The translations under genes and the position numbers were made by a program. The notes under the pieces are model-generated. The model did no database searches. It was not told where the DNA came from and saw only the letters and a list, made by a program, of their open reading frames with translations. From an uncultured Staphylococcaceae bacterium (GTDB lineage: Bacteria > Bacillota_I > Bacilli_A > ML615J-28 > CAG-313): 64,000 bases of DNA. The stretch lies in NCBI GenBank assembly GCA_964507405.1, contig CAZDPJ010000005.1, positions 2,306-66,305 on the forward strand, written 5' to 3'. Below are positions 9,911 to 19,023 of this stretch, one piece after another (positions within the stretch are counted from its first letter, which is position 1; the number at the start of each line of letters is the position of its first letter).

Positions 9911-9924
9911 GGAGGTGAATATTT

Positions 9925-12114
9925 ATGGAAAGCCAAAAAACTTTAGACGACCTTTTAGAAGTAGCAGGTCAATACTTACATGAATCTAGTCATATTAATA
10001 TTATTAAAAAAGCATATGAAGTTGCTTCTAAAATGCACGAAGGTCAGTTTAGAAAATCTGGTGATCCATATGTTCAACATCCACTTGAAGTTGCTTATAT
10101 TTTAGCAACACTTCATACGTCTCCTAGTACAATTTGTGCTGGTTTATTGCATGATGTATTAGAAGATACTGATATGACTAAAGAAGAAATGATTGCTTCA
10201 TTTAATTCTGATATTGCCAATATTGTTGATGGCGTTACAAAAATTAGTAAATTAAAATATATGACTAAAGAAAAAGCTTTAGCGCATAATCATGAGAAGT
10301 TATTACTTGCGATGGCTAAAGATATAAGGGTTATTGTTGTAAAACTAGTTGACCGTTTACATAATATGAGAACAATTGAATATCAAGATGTTTTAAAACA
10401 AAGAAGAATCGCTAAAGAAACGCTTGATTTATATGCTCCTCTTGCTCATCGACTTGGTATGTATCGTATAAAAGCTGAACTTGAAGATACAAGTTTTAAG
10501 GTTTTATATCCTGATGAATATGTAACAATTACTAAAGCAGTTGGAGAAAAGAAACTAGAACGTGAAGAAGACATTAGATTAATGGATCAAAAGATTAAAG
10601 AATTACTTGCTTCACATAATGTAACTAATTATGAATTAAAGGGTCGAATAAAAAATATTTATAGTATTTATAAAAAGACAATAACTAAAAACAAAACTTT
10701 AAATGATATTTTTGATTTACTTGCTTTAAGAATAATTGTTCCGACGATTGAGGAGTGCTATCAAGTATTAGGTATTATTCATAGTACTTGGACACCAATT
10801 CCAATGCGTTTTAAAGATTATATTGCGGTACCAAAGCCAAATCTTTATCAGTCCCTACATACGACGATTGTTGGAATCAAAGGAAAAATATTTGAAATTC
10901 AAATAAGAACTTTTGAAATGGATACAATAGCTGAACTTGGTATTGCTGCACACTGGGCATATAAAGAAAATTCAGGTTATAATCCAGAAAAAGAACAAAT
11001 TGAAATTACGAATAAGTTAAAATGGTATAAAGATTTAACTAATTATGTTGAAAATTCTGAAACAGAAGATCCACTAGATAGTATTATTGAAGATATTTTT
11101 AGCGCAAATGTTTATGTTTTTACCCCTAGAGGAGATGTACTTGATTTTCCAACCGGGTCAATGCCACTAGATTTTGCTTACCGTATTCATAGTGATATTG
11201 GAAATAAAACCGTTGGAGCGATTGTTAATGGTAAAATTGTTCCCCTTTCCTATAAGTTAAAAACTGGTGATGTTGTTGAAATTAAAACCAATAAAGCATG
11301 TGCAGGTCCGACAAATGCATGGCTTAAAAATGTTAAAACAAGTCATGCTAGACAAAAAATTAGGGCGATTATTAATAAACGTAAACGTGATGAGTTAGTA
11401 GAAAAAGGTCGAATTGAATTTGAAAAGGCTGCGAAAACCGTAGATTATAATATTAATGATTTAGATGATAAAACAGTTGAAAATTTCTTTTCTATTAGAG
11501 GTTGTACTAATGTTGAGGATTTCCTTTGGGAAATAGGTAAAGGTGTTATTTCTCCACTTGGTGCTGTTAATAGACTATGTGGTATTACCGATGTTAAAGT
11601 TGATGATGCTATGCTAATGGAACAATATAATGAAAAAACTTCTGAAAACAGAACAAGAAGGGCATATAATGGATACGGCATTATTGTTGAGGGATTAGAA
11701 AGAGCTCAAATTAAACTTGGTAATTGTTGTCAACCTGTATATGGAGATAAAATATATGGATATATTTCTAAAGGTAATGGTATTATTGTTCACCGTGAAG
11801 GATGTCCTAATATTCAAAAAAGCGAGAAAGATCGTTTTATTGATATAAGTTGGGATAAAAACTTTGAAGGACGTGTTTTTGATGTGACATTAAAAGTATC
11901 ATCAATTGATAAACGCAATGGGCTTGCTGATATGATTAATGCTTTAAACTCAACTAATATCGGTATTGCATCGGTTACTTCAACTAAAACGAAGTTAGGA
12001 GAGTGTATTACTAAATTTAAAATCCAAGTTTCAAATGTTGATGATTTAAATCACGCAATTGTTAATTTAAATAAAATAAGTGAAATATACAATATTGAGA
12101 GGGTCTTTAAATGA
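9925..12114 (+). CDS. relA: bifunctional (p)ppGpp synthetase/hydrolase Rel
   Basis: HD hydrolase motif HDVLEDT, synthetase block YQSLHTT..EIQIRT, plus TGS and ACT-like C-terminal regions. 729 aa. Confidence 0.95.
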   Translation: MESQKTLDDLLEVAGQYLHESSHINIIKKAYEVASKMHEGQFRKSGDPYVQHPLEVAYILATLHTSPSTICAGLLHDVLEDTDMTKEEMIASFNSDIANIVDGVTKISKLKYMTKEKALAHNHEKLLLAMAKDIRVIVVKLVDRLHNMRTIEYQDVLKQRRIAKETLDLYAPLAHRLGMYRIKAELEDTSFKVLYPDEYVTITKAVGEKKLEREEDIRLMDQKIKELLASHNVTNYELKGRIKNIYSIYKKTITKNKTLNDIFDLLALRIIVPTIEECYQVLGIIHSTWTPIPMRFKDYIAVPKPNLYQSLHTTIVGIKGKIFEIQIRTFEMDTIAELGIAAHWAYKENSGYNPEKEQIEITNKLKWYKDLTNYVENSETEDPLDSIIEDIFSANVYVFTPRGDVLDFPTGSMPLDFAYRIHSDIGNKTVGAIVNGKIVPLSYKLKTGDVVEIKTNKACAGPTNAWLKNVKTSHARQKIRAIINKRKRDELVEKGRIEFEKAAKTVDYNINDLDDKTVENFFSIRGCTNVEDFLWEIGKGVISPLGAVNRLCGITDVKVDDAMLMEQYNEKTSENRTRRAYNGYGIIVEGLERAQIKLGNCCQPVYGDKIYGYISKGNGIIVHREGCPNIQKSEKDRFIDISWDKNFEGRVFDVTLKVSSIDKRNGLADMINALNSTNIGIASVTSTKTKLGECITKFKIQVSNVDDLNHAIVNLNKISEIYNIERVFK

Positions 12115-12551
12115 GAGTAGTCATCCAAAGAGTTAAATCAGCTAAATGTATTGTTGATGAAAAAATAGTTAGTTCTGTAAATCATGGTTATATGTTATTA
12201 GTTGGTTTTTGTAAAAGTGATAATGAACAAAATGTAAAGGCGATGGCTCAAAAAATAAATAATTTAAGATTATTTGATGATGATGAAGGAAAAATTAATT
12301 TAAATATTCATCAAGTAAATGGTGAAATATTATCGATATCTCAATTTACTCTTTATGCTGATGTTAGAAAGAGTAATCGTCCATCTTTTACAGATAGTAT
12401 GGAAAAAGAAAGAGCTAATGAATTATATTCATTATTTAATGATATTTTAAAGAATACTTGGAATATAAATGTTCAACCTGGTTCTTTTGGTGACCATATG
12501 TATTTGGATGTTGTATGTGATGGACCTGTAACAATTAATTTGGAGATGTAA
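12111..12551 (+). CDS. dtd: D-aminoacyl-tRNA deacylase
   Basis: MRVVIQRV..SQFTLYAD..GPVT is the typical Dtd pattern. ATGA overlap with the relA stop. Confidence 0.95.
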   Translation: MRVVIQRVKSAKCIVDEKIVSSVNHGYMLLVGFCKSDNEQNVKAMAQKINNLRLFDDDEGKINLNIHQVNGEILSISQFTLYADVRKSNRPSFTDSMEKERANELYSLFNDILKNTWNINVQPGSFGDHMYLDVVCDGPVTINLEM

Positions 12552-12552
12552 A

Positions 12553-14295
12553 ATGTATCGTAATATTATATTAGAGTTTCTAAGCAGTAAGCATTTAGAA
12601 CTAAGTAGTAATAATTATTTTCAAATGACAATTTGTCAACTTGGTCAAAATTATGATAATCAACTGTTAAAACTAGTAAAAAGTGAAGATATTGTAACTG
12701 TTTATCATATCAAGGAACCTCGAATTTATCAAAAAGATATTTCTTTTGATGATTTAAAAGATAATATTGTTATGATGGCTATTGATTTAAAAGAAGAAAT
12801 TAGATTTAATAAAACAGAACTTAACTTTGTTTTAAAAGATCCTTTCTATTTAAAAGATTTACAAAATCAATCATTTTCATCTCTTGTAGTAAGCCCGATC
12901 ATTGAAAATGATAATGTAATTGGTGTAGTAATCACTTATTATAATAAAGAAAATGGATATGTTAAATTTACGAATAATGAATTATTAAAGCTAATTAATA
13001 ATTTAACAATTGATTTATGTTTTGATTATGAAGAAAATATAAAAAATACTTTACTAAATGTTAATAATTTATTACTACTTGCTAGTAATAATAAATATTA
13101 TTATATAAATGATGCTTTTCAGAAGTATTATAATATTGATAACAAAATTCTTAATATTGTAAATAATAAGTATAATGATATTATTCAAAATTTTATTGGC
13201 CTTCTTGGAGTAAATAAAGTAATAAAAGATAAATTAAATATTTATTATATAAATGAATTAAAACTAAAGGAGTGCAAGGAGACCCCTATTAATATTTGTC
13301 CATTTAGTAGAATTAATGATATAAAAATTGATGAAAAATTTACTTTTATATTTGTGAGGAAAAACTTATTATCTTCAAATAATAATATTTATGATATCTT
13401 TTTAACTATTGTTAATAAATTAGATTGTATTGAGTATAAGATTTATGAATATAGCGAAGATGCTATGGTATTGATAATTAATAAAATTATTAATTCTAAA
13501 GATATTATTAAAATTAATAATATGTTTAATGATGATTATGTTATTGTTTTACAAGGTTCAAAAGATATTACTAATTCAATGAATTTTAAACAATTAGTTG
13601 CTTATTTAATATCTAATTTACCAACTACATTTGATATAAAAGATTATATTAATTATTTAAACAAGAATAATGAAGAAAAATTAACTTATAATGATAAATT
13701 TAATTTTAATAAGTTTAATTATGAAATTATTAATTCATCTAATGCTTCATTTTTAGCAGAATTATCTAATTTACCACTTCGTAAGAGTTATCGTTTAAAT
13801 CATTATGATAACTATATAAGTTCTGTGGAAAGAGAAATTAGTTTATTAACTAAAGAAGTAGATCAAAAATTGTTTATTACTATTCCTTTAAAATTACTTA
13901 AGAAAAGAAAAGTATTTGAAGATATAAAGAAAATTATTGAAAATAACGAATTATGGATTAATGTTATAAGTAATAATGAATATTCTTCAATAGAATTTTT
14001 AAAATTAATATCAAAATATAAAAAGTTACGTCTCATGTTATGTTGTGATAGTAGTATTTATTTAAACTATTTTTATATGAATTCTTTACCTCTATTTGAT
14101 GCCTTTTATGTATTAGAAGAAGAATACAATCATATAAGACAACAAGAAGTAGGACTTCCTCAACTAATATTTGACTACGCAATAAAAAATTATAAATACA
14201 TAATATTTGAAAATTTTTCACCAAATAGTGATTATGATTTTAATCACTTTAATTGCTATTTTGTTAGAAATAAAGATGAAAGGAAGAGAGTATGA
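12553..14295 (+). CDS. uncharacterised cytoplasmic protein; GAF-like N-terminus plus degenerate GGDEF-like/EAL-like regions (by eye)
   Basis: 580-aa ORF starting 1 nt after the dtd stop. GAF-like block LVVSPIIENDNVIGVVITYY. YSEDAM sits where GGDEF would be. EAL-like blocks have preserved spacing but all catalytic residues are replaced. Confidence 0.55.
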   Translation: MYRNIILEFLSSKHLELSSNNYFQMTICQLGQNYDNQLLKLVKSEDIVTVYHIKEPRIYQKDISFDDLKDNIVMMAIDLKEEIRFNKTELNFVLKDPFYLKDLQNQSFSSLVVSPIIENDNVIGVVITYYNKENGYVKFTNNELLKLINNLTIDLCFDYEENIKNTLLNVNNLLLLASNNKYYYINDAFQKYYNIDNKILNIVNNKYNDIIQNFIGLLGVNKVIKDKLNIYYINELKLKECKETPINICPFSRINDIKIDEKFTFIFVRKNLLSSNNNIYDIFLTIVNKLDCIEYKIYEYSEDAMVLIINKIINSKDIIKINNMFNDDYVIVLQGSKDITNSMNFKQLVAYLISNLPTTFDIKDYINYLNKNNEEKLTYNDKFNFNKFNYEIINSSNASFLAELSNLPLRKSYRLNHYDNYISSVEREISLLTKEVDQKLFITIPLKLLKKRKVFEDIKKIIENNELWINVISNNEYSSIEFLKLISKYKKLRLMLCCDSSIYLNYFYMNSLPLFDAFYVLEEEYNHIRQQEVGLPQLIFDYAIKNYKYIIFENFSPNSDYDFNHFNCYFVRNKDERKRV

Positions 14296-16118
14296 AAAAA
14301 ACAAAAGATATTATAATGTCTTTGATATTACCACGTAGAATGGCTAAATATCGTAATATGCATTATATATTAGCTTTATTCATTTATATATTGGGGATGT
14401 TTTTAGCACTTGGTTCTCAGTACATTATGTCTGAAAAATTTGTTGCTGATGAAATGGATAGAACTGAGTTTAATGAGTCTTTAAATGTTAAGGGTAATCC
14501 GACATTTACTAAAATGCAAAATATTGATTTTACTACTGATGCCGATTTATCAATGCCGGAGGATAAAGCTCCCCAAATTACATCAAAAGTATGTAAGGAA
14601 TTATTTAAGACAAGTGATGATTCCATAATTGAGGTTCAAATTGGTTTTGATGAAAATTTTGATGCTAGTGAAAAATCAGAAACTACCTATTTTTATGATA
14701 ATTATGCAGAATTTACAAGTAGTAATAAAACAATTCTTTATATTTTTACAAAAAACTATGTTTATTATGCGATAGATTTTGAAATTACTTTACCACTTCC
14801 TGATTCAAGTCTTTTTACAAAAGAAGAATTTGAAAAAGAAAAAGTAAAGTTTAGTAAAAGTGTTTTTGAAACTCTTAATAAAATGGATCGTTTTAATGAC
14901 GCTTTAACAAATACTCAAGATGAATTTGAAAATATATTAGCTTATATTAGAAGATTAAAAAATGTTGAGAAATGTTCTTTTGTAAATAAAATGAATGAAA
15001 AACTTAATATAAGTACAAGAGTAAAAAAAATAGAAACAAGTACTTTTAAATATAAGTTTGAAGAGTATATCGATAGCTATTTTGCGACGAGAGGAATATA
15101 TCATGCGGTTCTTCAAGATAAAATTAAAGGATTTAAAGATGATGGAACTACGGTTGCGAAAATCGATTTAACAATAGTTATTGATGTAAATATGGATATT
15201 GATGCTAATCATAAGTCTTTTACATATTTTGATTATGAAGGATATATGAAACAAAATAGAAATGGTGATGTTAATACTACGTATATTTTATGTGTATATT
15301 CTTCAGTTAGATTTTTCTATGTCTATGATTTATGTCAAAAACTTTCTAATGGTAAATATCTAAATTTAGATTATAGTGGCCAAAGTATTTTCGAAAAAAC
15401 GGCTGCTGGAAATTATAAATTATATTTACCTAAATCAAATGATGAAATTGCTTATAATGAATATGGAGAACTAGATACTACTCTATGGACAAGAGAAGTA
15501 AGAGAAGATGATTCAATTGATTTTGAATTAAATATTGATGGAATTGAGTCATCTGATATTGTGCCTGTTGACCGTCATAAACCGAACTTAGAAGATGCCT
15601 TATATACAAACCTAAGTAGAAGTTATCAATATAATGAGTTAAAGGATACTTCATTTATCGATAAATCCACGAGAATTAGAGGTATGCAACTAAACTTATA
15701 TATGAAGTCAATTGTTGAATCAATGATTGCGGTTAATGCTTCAAGTTATGAATTAATTTATGGCATAATGGCTTTTGGTATTTTTGTTTTATTCCCTTTA
15801 ATTTTAGTATTAGTTGTATGGCTTATGTCTAAAAAACTATTTATGAAAAAGTTTAGAGAATATTATGCCATTGGGGCTATTTGTTATGTTGAAACAGGAC
15901 TTATTGCCTTTATTCTTGGTTTCTTCTTTTCATTTGATAAGTTTGCCTTATACTTTATGCTATTCCAAGCATGGTATTTTATCTTTGTAACATTCCGTAT
16001 CAATACTGATCCCCAATATAATAATGATGCGGATGATCCAAATGAAAATATAAAGAAAAAAGAAGAAATACTTGATTTTAAAAAAGTAAATAATTCTAAT
16101 CCTTCACAAATAGGTTAA
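14292..16118 (+). CDS. uncharacterised membrane protein (N-terminal TM, ~430-aa extracytoplasmic region, 4 C-terminal TM helices)
   Basis: 608-aa ORF with an ATGA overlap with the upstream ORF and RBS aggaagagag. The terminal regions are reminiscent of DUF1189 membrane proteins. The central region has no recognisable motif. Confidence 0.55.
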   Translation: MKKTKDIIMSLILPRRMAKYRNMHYILALFIYILGMFLALGSQYIMSEKFVADEMDRTEFNESLNVKGNPTFTKMQNIDFTTDADLSMPEDKAPQITSKVCKELFKTSDDSIIEVQIGFDENFDASEKSETTYFYDNYAEFTSSNKTILYIFTKNYVYYAIDFEITLPLPDSSLFTKEEFEKEKVKFSKSVFETLNKMDRFNDALTNTQDEFENILAYIRRLKNVEKCSFVNKMNEKLNISTRVKKIETSTFKYKFEEYIDSYFATRGIYHAVLQDKIKGFKDDGTTVAKIDLTIVIDVNMDIDANHKSFTYFDYEGYMKQNRNGDVNTTYILCVYSSVRFFYVYDLCQKLSNGKYLNLDYSGQSIFEKTAAGNYKLYLPKSNDEIAYNEYGELDTTLWTREVREDDSIDFELNIDGIESSDIVPVDRHKPNLEDALYTNLSRSYQYNELKDTSFIDKSTRIRGMQLNLYMKSIVESMIAVNASSYELIYGIMAFGIFVLFPLILVLVVWLMSKKLFMKKFREYYAIGAICYVETGLIAFILGFFFSFDKFALYFMLFQAWYFIFVTFRINTDPQYNNDADDPNENIKKKEEILDFKKVNNSNPSQIG

Positions 16119-16127
16119 AATTTTTAG

Positions 16128-16156
16128 TAATATTATTTATTCTTCATGCATATTAT
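16128..16156 (+). promoter_or_regulatory. candidate sigma-E-type promoter upstream of spoIIIAH
   Basis: TAATATT - 14 nt - CATATTAT, compared with the consensus kmATATT-14-CATACAhT. A chance match is plausible in AT-rich DNA. Confidence 0.25.
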
Positions 16157-16181
16157 TTATTGATATGTAGGGGGAATAAAA

Positions 16182-16688
16182 ATGAAAAAAAATCAAATAG
16201 CTTTACTATTTTTAACATTAGTTGTGATGCTTGCGGTGTGGTACGTCAAATCACCATTATCAGATAAATTAAAAAGTGATAAAGAAGAAACTAATTCACC
16301 AGTAGCTATGGTTAGTTCTAGATTAGAATCAATTGTGAATATGCGAAATTCAGTAATTGATGAAAGAAGTACAACTGTAGTGGCGTTAGATGCAATTATT
16401 GCTAGTGCCGATTCAAGTATTACTGAAAAAGAAAATGCATATATAAAAAAGAAAAACTTATCAGATTGGACTGAAAAAGAAGTATCCCTTGAGTCATTAA
16501 TTATGAGTATGGGATATACTGATGCCTTTGTTCATACAAGTGGTGATGTGGTTGAAGTTATTGTTGTATCAGATACTGATGATGCTTTAGTTGCATTAGA
16601 AATAATTGGTAATGTTAAAGATAGTTTTTCTGATATTGATAATGTAATTGTAACTTTTAAATCGTTACAAGAATTAGAATCTAAATAA
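16182..16688 (+). CDS. spoIIIAH: stage III sporulation protein AH
   Basis: N-terminal TM LLFLTLVVMLAVWYV. The C-terminal domain aligns by eye with B. subtilis SpoIIIAH (..LESLIMSMGYTDAFVHTSGD..VIVTFKS vs ..LETLIKTQGYEDALVNAEGD..VAVTFEP). Confidence 0.7.
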   Translation: MKKNQIALLFLTLVVMLAVWYVKSPLSDKLKSDKEETNSPVAMVSSRLESIVNMRNSVIDERSTTVVALDAIIASADSSITEKENAYIKKKNLSDWTEKEVSLESLIMSMGYTDAFVHTSGDVVEVIVVSDTDDALVALEIIGNVKDSFSDIDNVIVTFKSLQELESK

Positions 16689-16689
16689 T

Positions 16690-16716
16690 AAGGGGGGAGC
16701 TAATCCCCTTTTTTTA
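16690..16716 (+). terminator. intrinsic terminator
   Basis: Stem aagggg/cccctt followed by a 7-T run. Confidence 0.75.
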
Positions 16717-16726
16717 AGGAGTTAAT

Positions 16727-17578
16727 ATGGATTATTTTAATTATAAAATTAAGGAAGAGATAAGTCTAATTGAATGGTTTAAGAAAACACATCTGGCTAA
16801 AAATAAAGTAAATTATTTAATTGATAATAATTGCTGCTATAATTCAAATAGTGTTTTATCAAGAAATTCTATATTATCAAAAGGTGATAATCTTTATATT
16901 GATCTATCTAATTTTATTGAATTAATTGATAAAACATATTCATATAACTTAGATATTATTTATGAAGATGAATATTTATTAATAATTAATAAGCCAAGTG
17001 GCTTCATTATTTACGATTCTATTAAGTTAGAAACAATTACTAATATGGTAAATGGTTATTTATCTCATAAAGGAATTACATCTGTTGCATATCCATGTCA
17101 TAGGTTAGATTTAGAAACATCAGGTTGTTTAATATATTGTAAAGATATTATTACTTTAGCTTATCTTTCTTCTTTATTTGAGGAAAATAAGATTCAAAAA
17201 GATTATTTAGCTCTTGTTGAAGGAATAACTGATAATAAAGGAATTATTGACAAACCAATTGGTCAGCATCGTCATTTAAATAACACAATGATTGTTAGTA
17301 AAACAGGAAAAAAAGCATTAACTTCATACGTTAGATTAAAAAGTAAAAATAATGTTTCATTGTTAAGAGTAAGTATTAATACTGGTAGAACTCATCAAAT
17401 TAGAGTTCATTTATCATTTATTTCTCATCCTATTATTGGTGATGAAAAATATGGCAGTAAGGTTAAAGCATCTAGAATAATGTTACATTGTGAAAGAATA
17501 ACTTTTTTTGCAATTGATGGACATAAAATGTCAATTAATGCAAAAATACCAACAATTATGAATAAACTTGTAAATTAA
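16727..17578 (+). CDS. RluA-family pseudouridine synthase
   Basis: Catalytic motif HRLDLETSGCLIY and C-terminal GRTHQIRVH block. Confidence 0.85.
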   Translation: MDYFNYKIKEEISLIEWFKKTHLAKNKVNYLIDNNCCYNSNSVLSRNSILSKGDNLYIDLSNFIELIDKTYSYNLDIIYEDEYLLIINKPSGFIIYDSIKLETITNMVNGYLSHKGITSVAYPCHRLDLETSGCLIYCKDIITLAYLSSLFEENKIQKDYLALVEGITDNKGIIDKPIGQHRHLNNTMIVSKTGKKALTSYVRLKSKNNVSLLRVSINTGRTHQIRVHLSFISHPIIGDEKYGSKVKASRIMLHCERITFFAIDGHKMSINAKIPTIMNKLVN

Positions 17579-17629
17579 TTGATATATCTTTTAAAAAAGA
17601 GTATAATATCTAAATAGTAGAGGTGACTT

Positions 17630-18976
17630 ATGTCAAAAAAAATTAAAGTATTATTTTTAACAATTTTAGTCTGTTTTATAGGATCATTTATTAGCTGTAC
17701 TACAGTTGGTGGTAGTAATTTACCAGATGATGATGATAGCCCAGTTAATTTAAGTACTCCTTTAAATGTCGAAGTTTTAGTCGAAAATGAAATGATTAAT
17801 ATATCATTTGTAAAGGTCAGTAACGCAAGTAGTTATACTATAAGAGTATATACAAGTTTAAGGGTTTTAGTTACTTCAACAACTATTTCTAGTGATGAAA
17901 CAGAATTAAATTTATTAGTTAGTAATTATAAAAATGGTAATTATTATCTTACTGTTTCAGCAAATGGTGATGGTGAAAAATATTTTGATTCTCCTTCATC
18001 AGAAAAAATAAATTTTGAAATTAATAATGGTCAAGAAGGAGACCCAACTAAGTTAGATGCTCCAAGTAAGGTAGGGGCTGAAGTAACTGATGGTAAGGTT
18101 ACTGTAAGTTATACGAGTGTATTAAATGCAAATGGTTATAAAATAATAATCAAAAATTCCAATAATAAAGAAGTTGTTACTGCTGAAAATAAAAAGGACG
18201 TTTTAACAAAAGTATTTGATATCAATGCCTTTGAAGATGGCACATATAAAGTAGTTGTTATTGCTTTGGGTGATAAAACATCGTATTTAGATTCTGATGA
18301 ATCTAGCGGTACTTTATTTGAGGTTAAATCTGGCAATGGTGGCGGTGGTGATATTATTGATGGTGATTTATCCGATTATTATAAGTCTGTCGAAGGTCTT
18401 ACTGGTAGCGCCTTAAAGAAATCATTAAGATCACTTATTACAACAACTCATAAAAAAATAACTAGTTATGATGATTGCAAAAAATATTTACCACATGCTG
18501 ATGAAGATTTAACTAATTCAAAAAATATGATTTTATTCTATACTGGAGAATCAATCAAAAAATCAACTGATGTAAATAATGACTGGAACCGTGAGCATGT
18601 ATGGCCAAAGAGTCTAGGATGGTATAAAAATTCTGGAGCTGGTGCTGATTTACATCATATTAGACCATGCTCAATTCCTGTAAATAGTGCTCGTGGTAAT
18701 ATTAAATTTGGTATTGGATCATCATATTATACTCCAAATGATGATTATAAAGGTGATGTTGCAAGAATTATTTTCTATATGATGACTAGATATTCACAAT
18801 CTGATTCATATGATTTTACAAGTGTTGCTCAATCTAAAGCATTATTACTTGAATGGAATAAACTTGATCCAGTTAGTCCTCAAGAAGTTTATCGTAATGA
18901 ATATGTTTATAAAATTCAAGGTAATCGTAATCCATTTATTGACTATCCTGAATTTGTAGATATGATTTGGGGTTAA
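17630..18976 (+). CDS. surface lipoprotein: two tandem Fn3/Ig-like modules fused to an endonuclease I (Bsn/EndA family) domain
   Basis: Lipobox FISC. Two ~95-aa repeats (..SYTIRVYTS..YYLTVSANGD.. / ..GYKIIIKNS..YKVVVIALGD..). Nuclease motifs NREHVWPKS, DLHHIRP, NSARGN, NRNPFIDYPE. Confidence 0.85.
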   Translation: MSKKIKVLFLTILVCFIGSFISCTTVGGSNLPDDDDSPVNLSTPLNVEVLVENEMINISFVKVSNASSYTIRVYTSLRVLVTSTTISSDETELNLLVSNYKNGNYYLTVSANGDGEKYFDSPSSEKINFEINNGQEGDPTKLDAPSKVGAEVTDGKVTVSYTSVLNANGYKIIIKNSNNKEVVTAENKKDVLTKVFDINAFEDGTYKVVVIALGDKTSYLDSDESSGTLFEVKSGNGGGGDIIDGDLSDYYKSVEGLTGSALKKSLRSLITTTHKKITSYDDCKKYLPHADEDLTNSKNMILFYTGESIKKSTDVNNDWNREHVWPKSLGWYKNSGAGADLHHIRPCSIPVNSARGNIKFGIGSSYYTPNDDYKGDVARIIFYMMTRYSQSDSYDFTSVAQSKALLLEWNKLDPVSPQEVYRNEYVYKIQGNRNPFIDYPEFVDMIWG

Positions 18977-18982
18977 AATAAA

Positions 18983-19023
18983 ACACGTAGAAAGCTTTAA
19001 TGCTTTTTACGTGTATTTTTTTA
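18983..19023. terminator. bidirectional intrinsic terminator
   Basis: 13-bp stem acacgtagaaagc/gctttttacgtgt with one mismatch. T-run downstream and A-run upstream. It sits between convergent genes. Confidence 0.75.

Noticed and set aside
9508-9936. 142-aa ORF antisense to apt
   Set aside because: It lies entirely within and opposite a highly conserved gene (apt). It has no RBS and a low-complexity Ser/Pro/Leu-rich translation typical of a shadow frame in AT-rich DNA.
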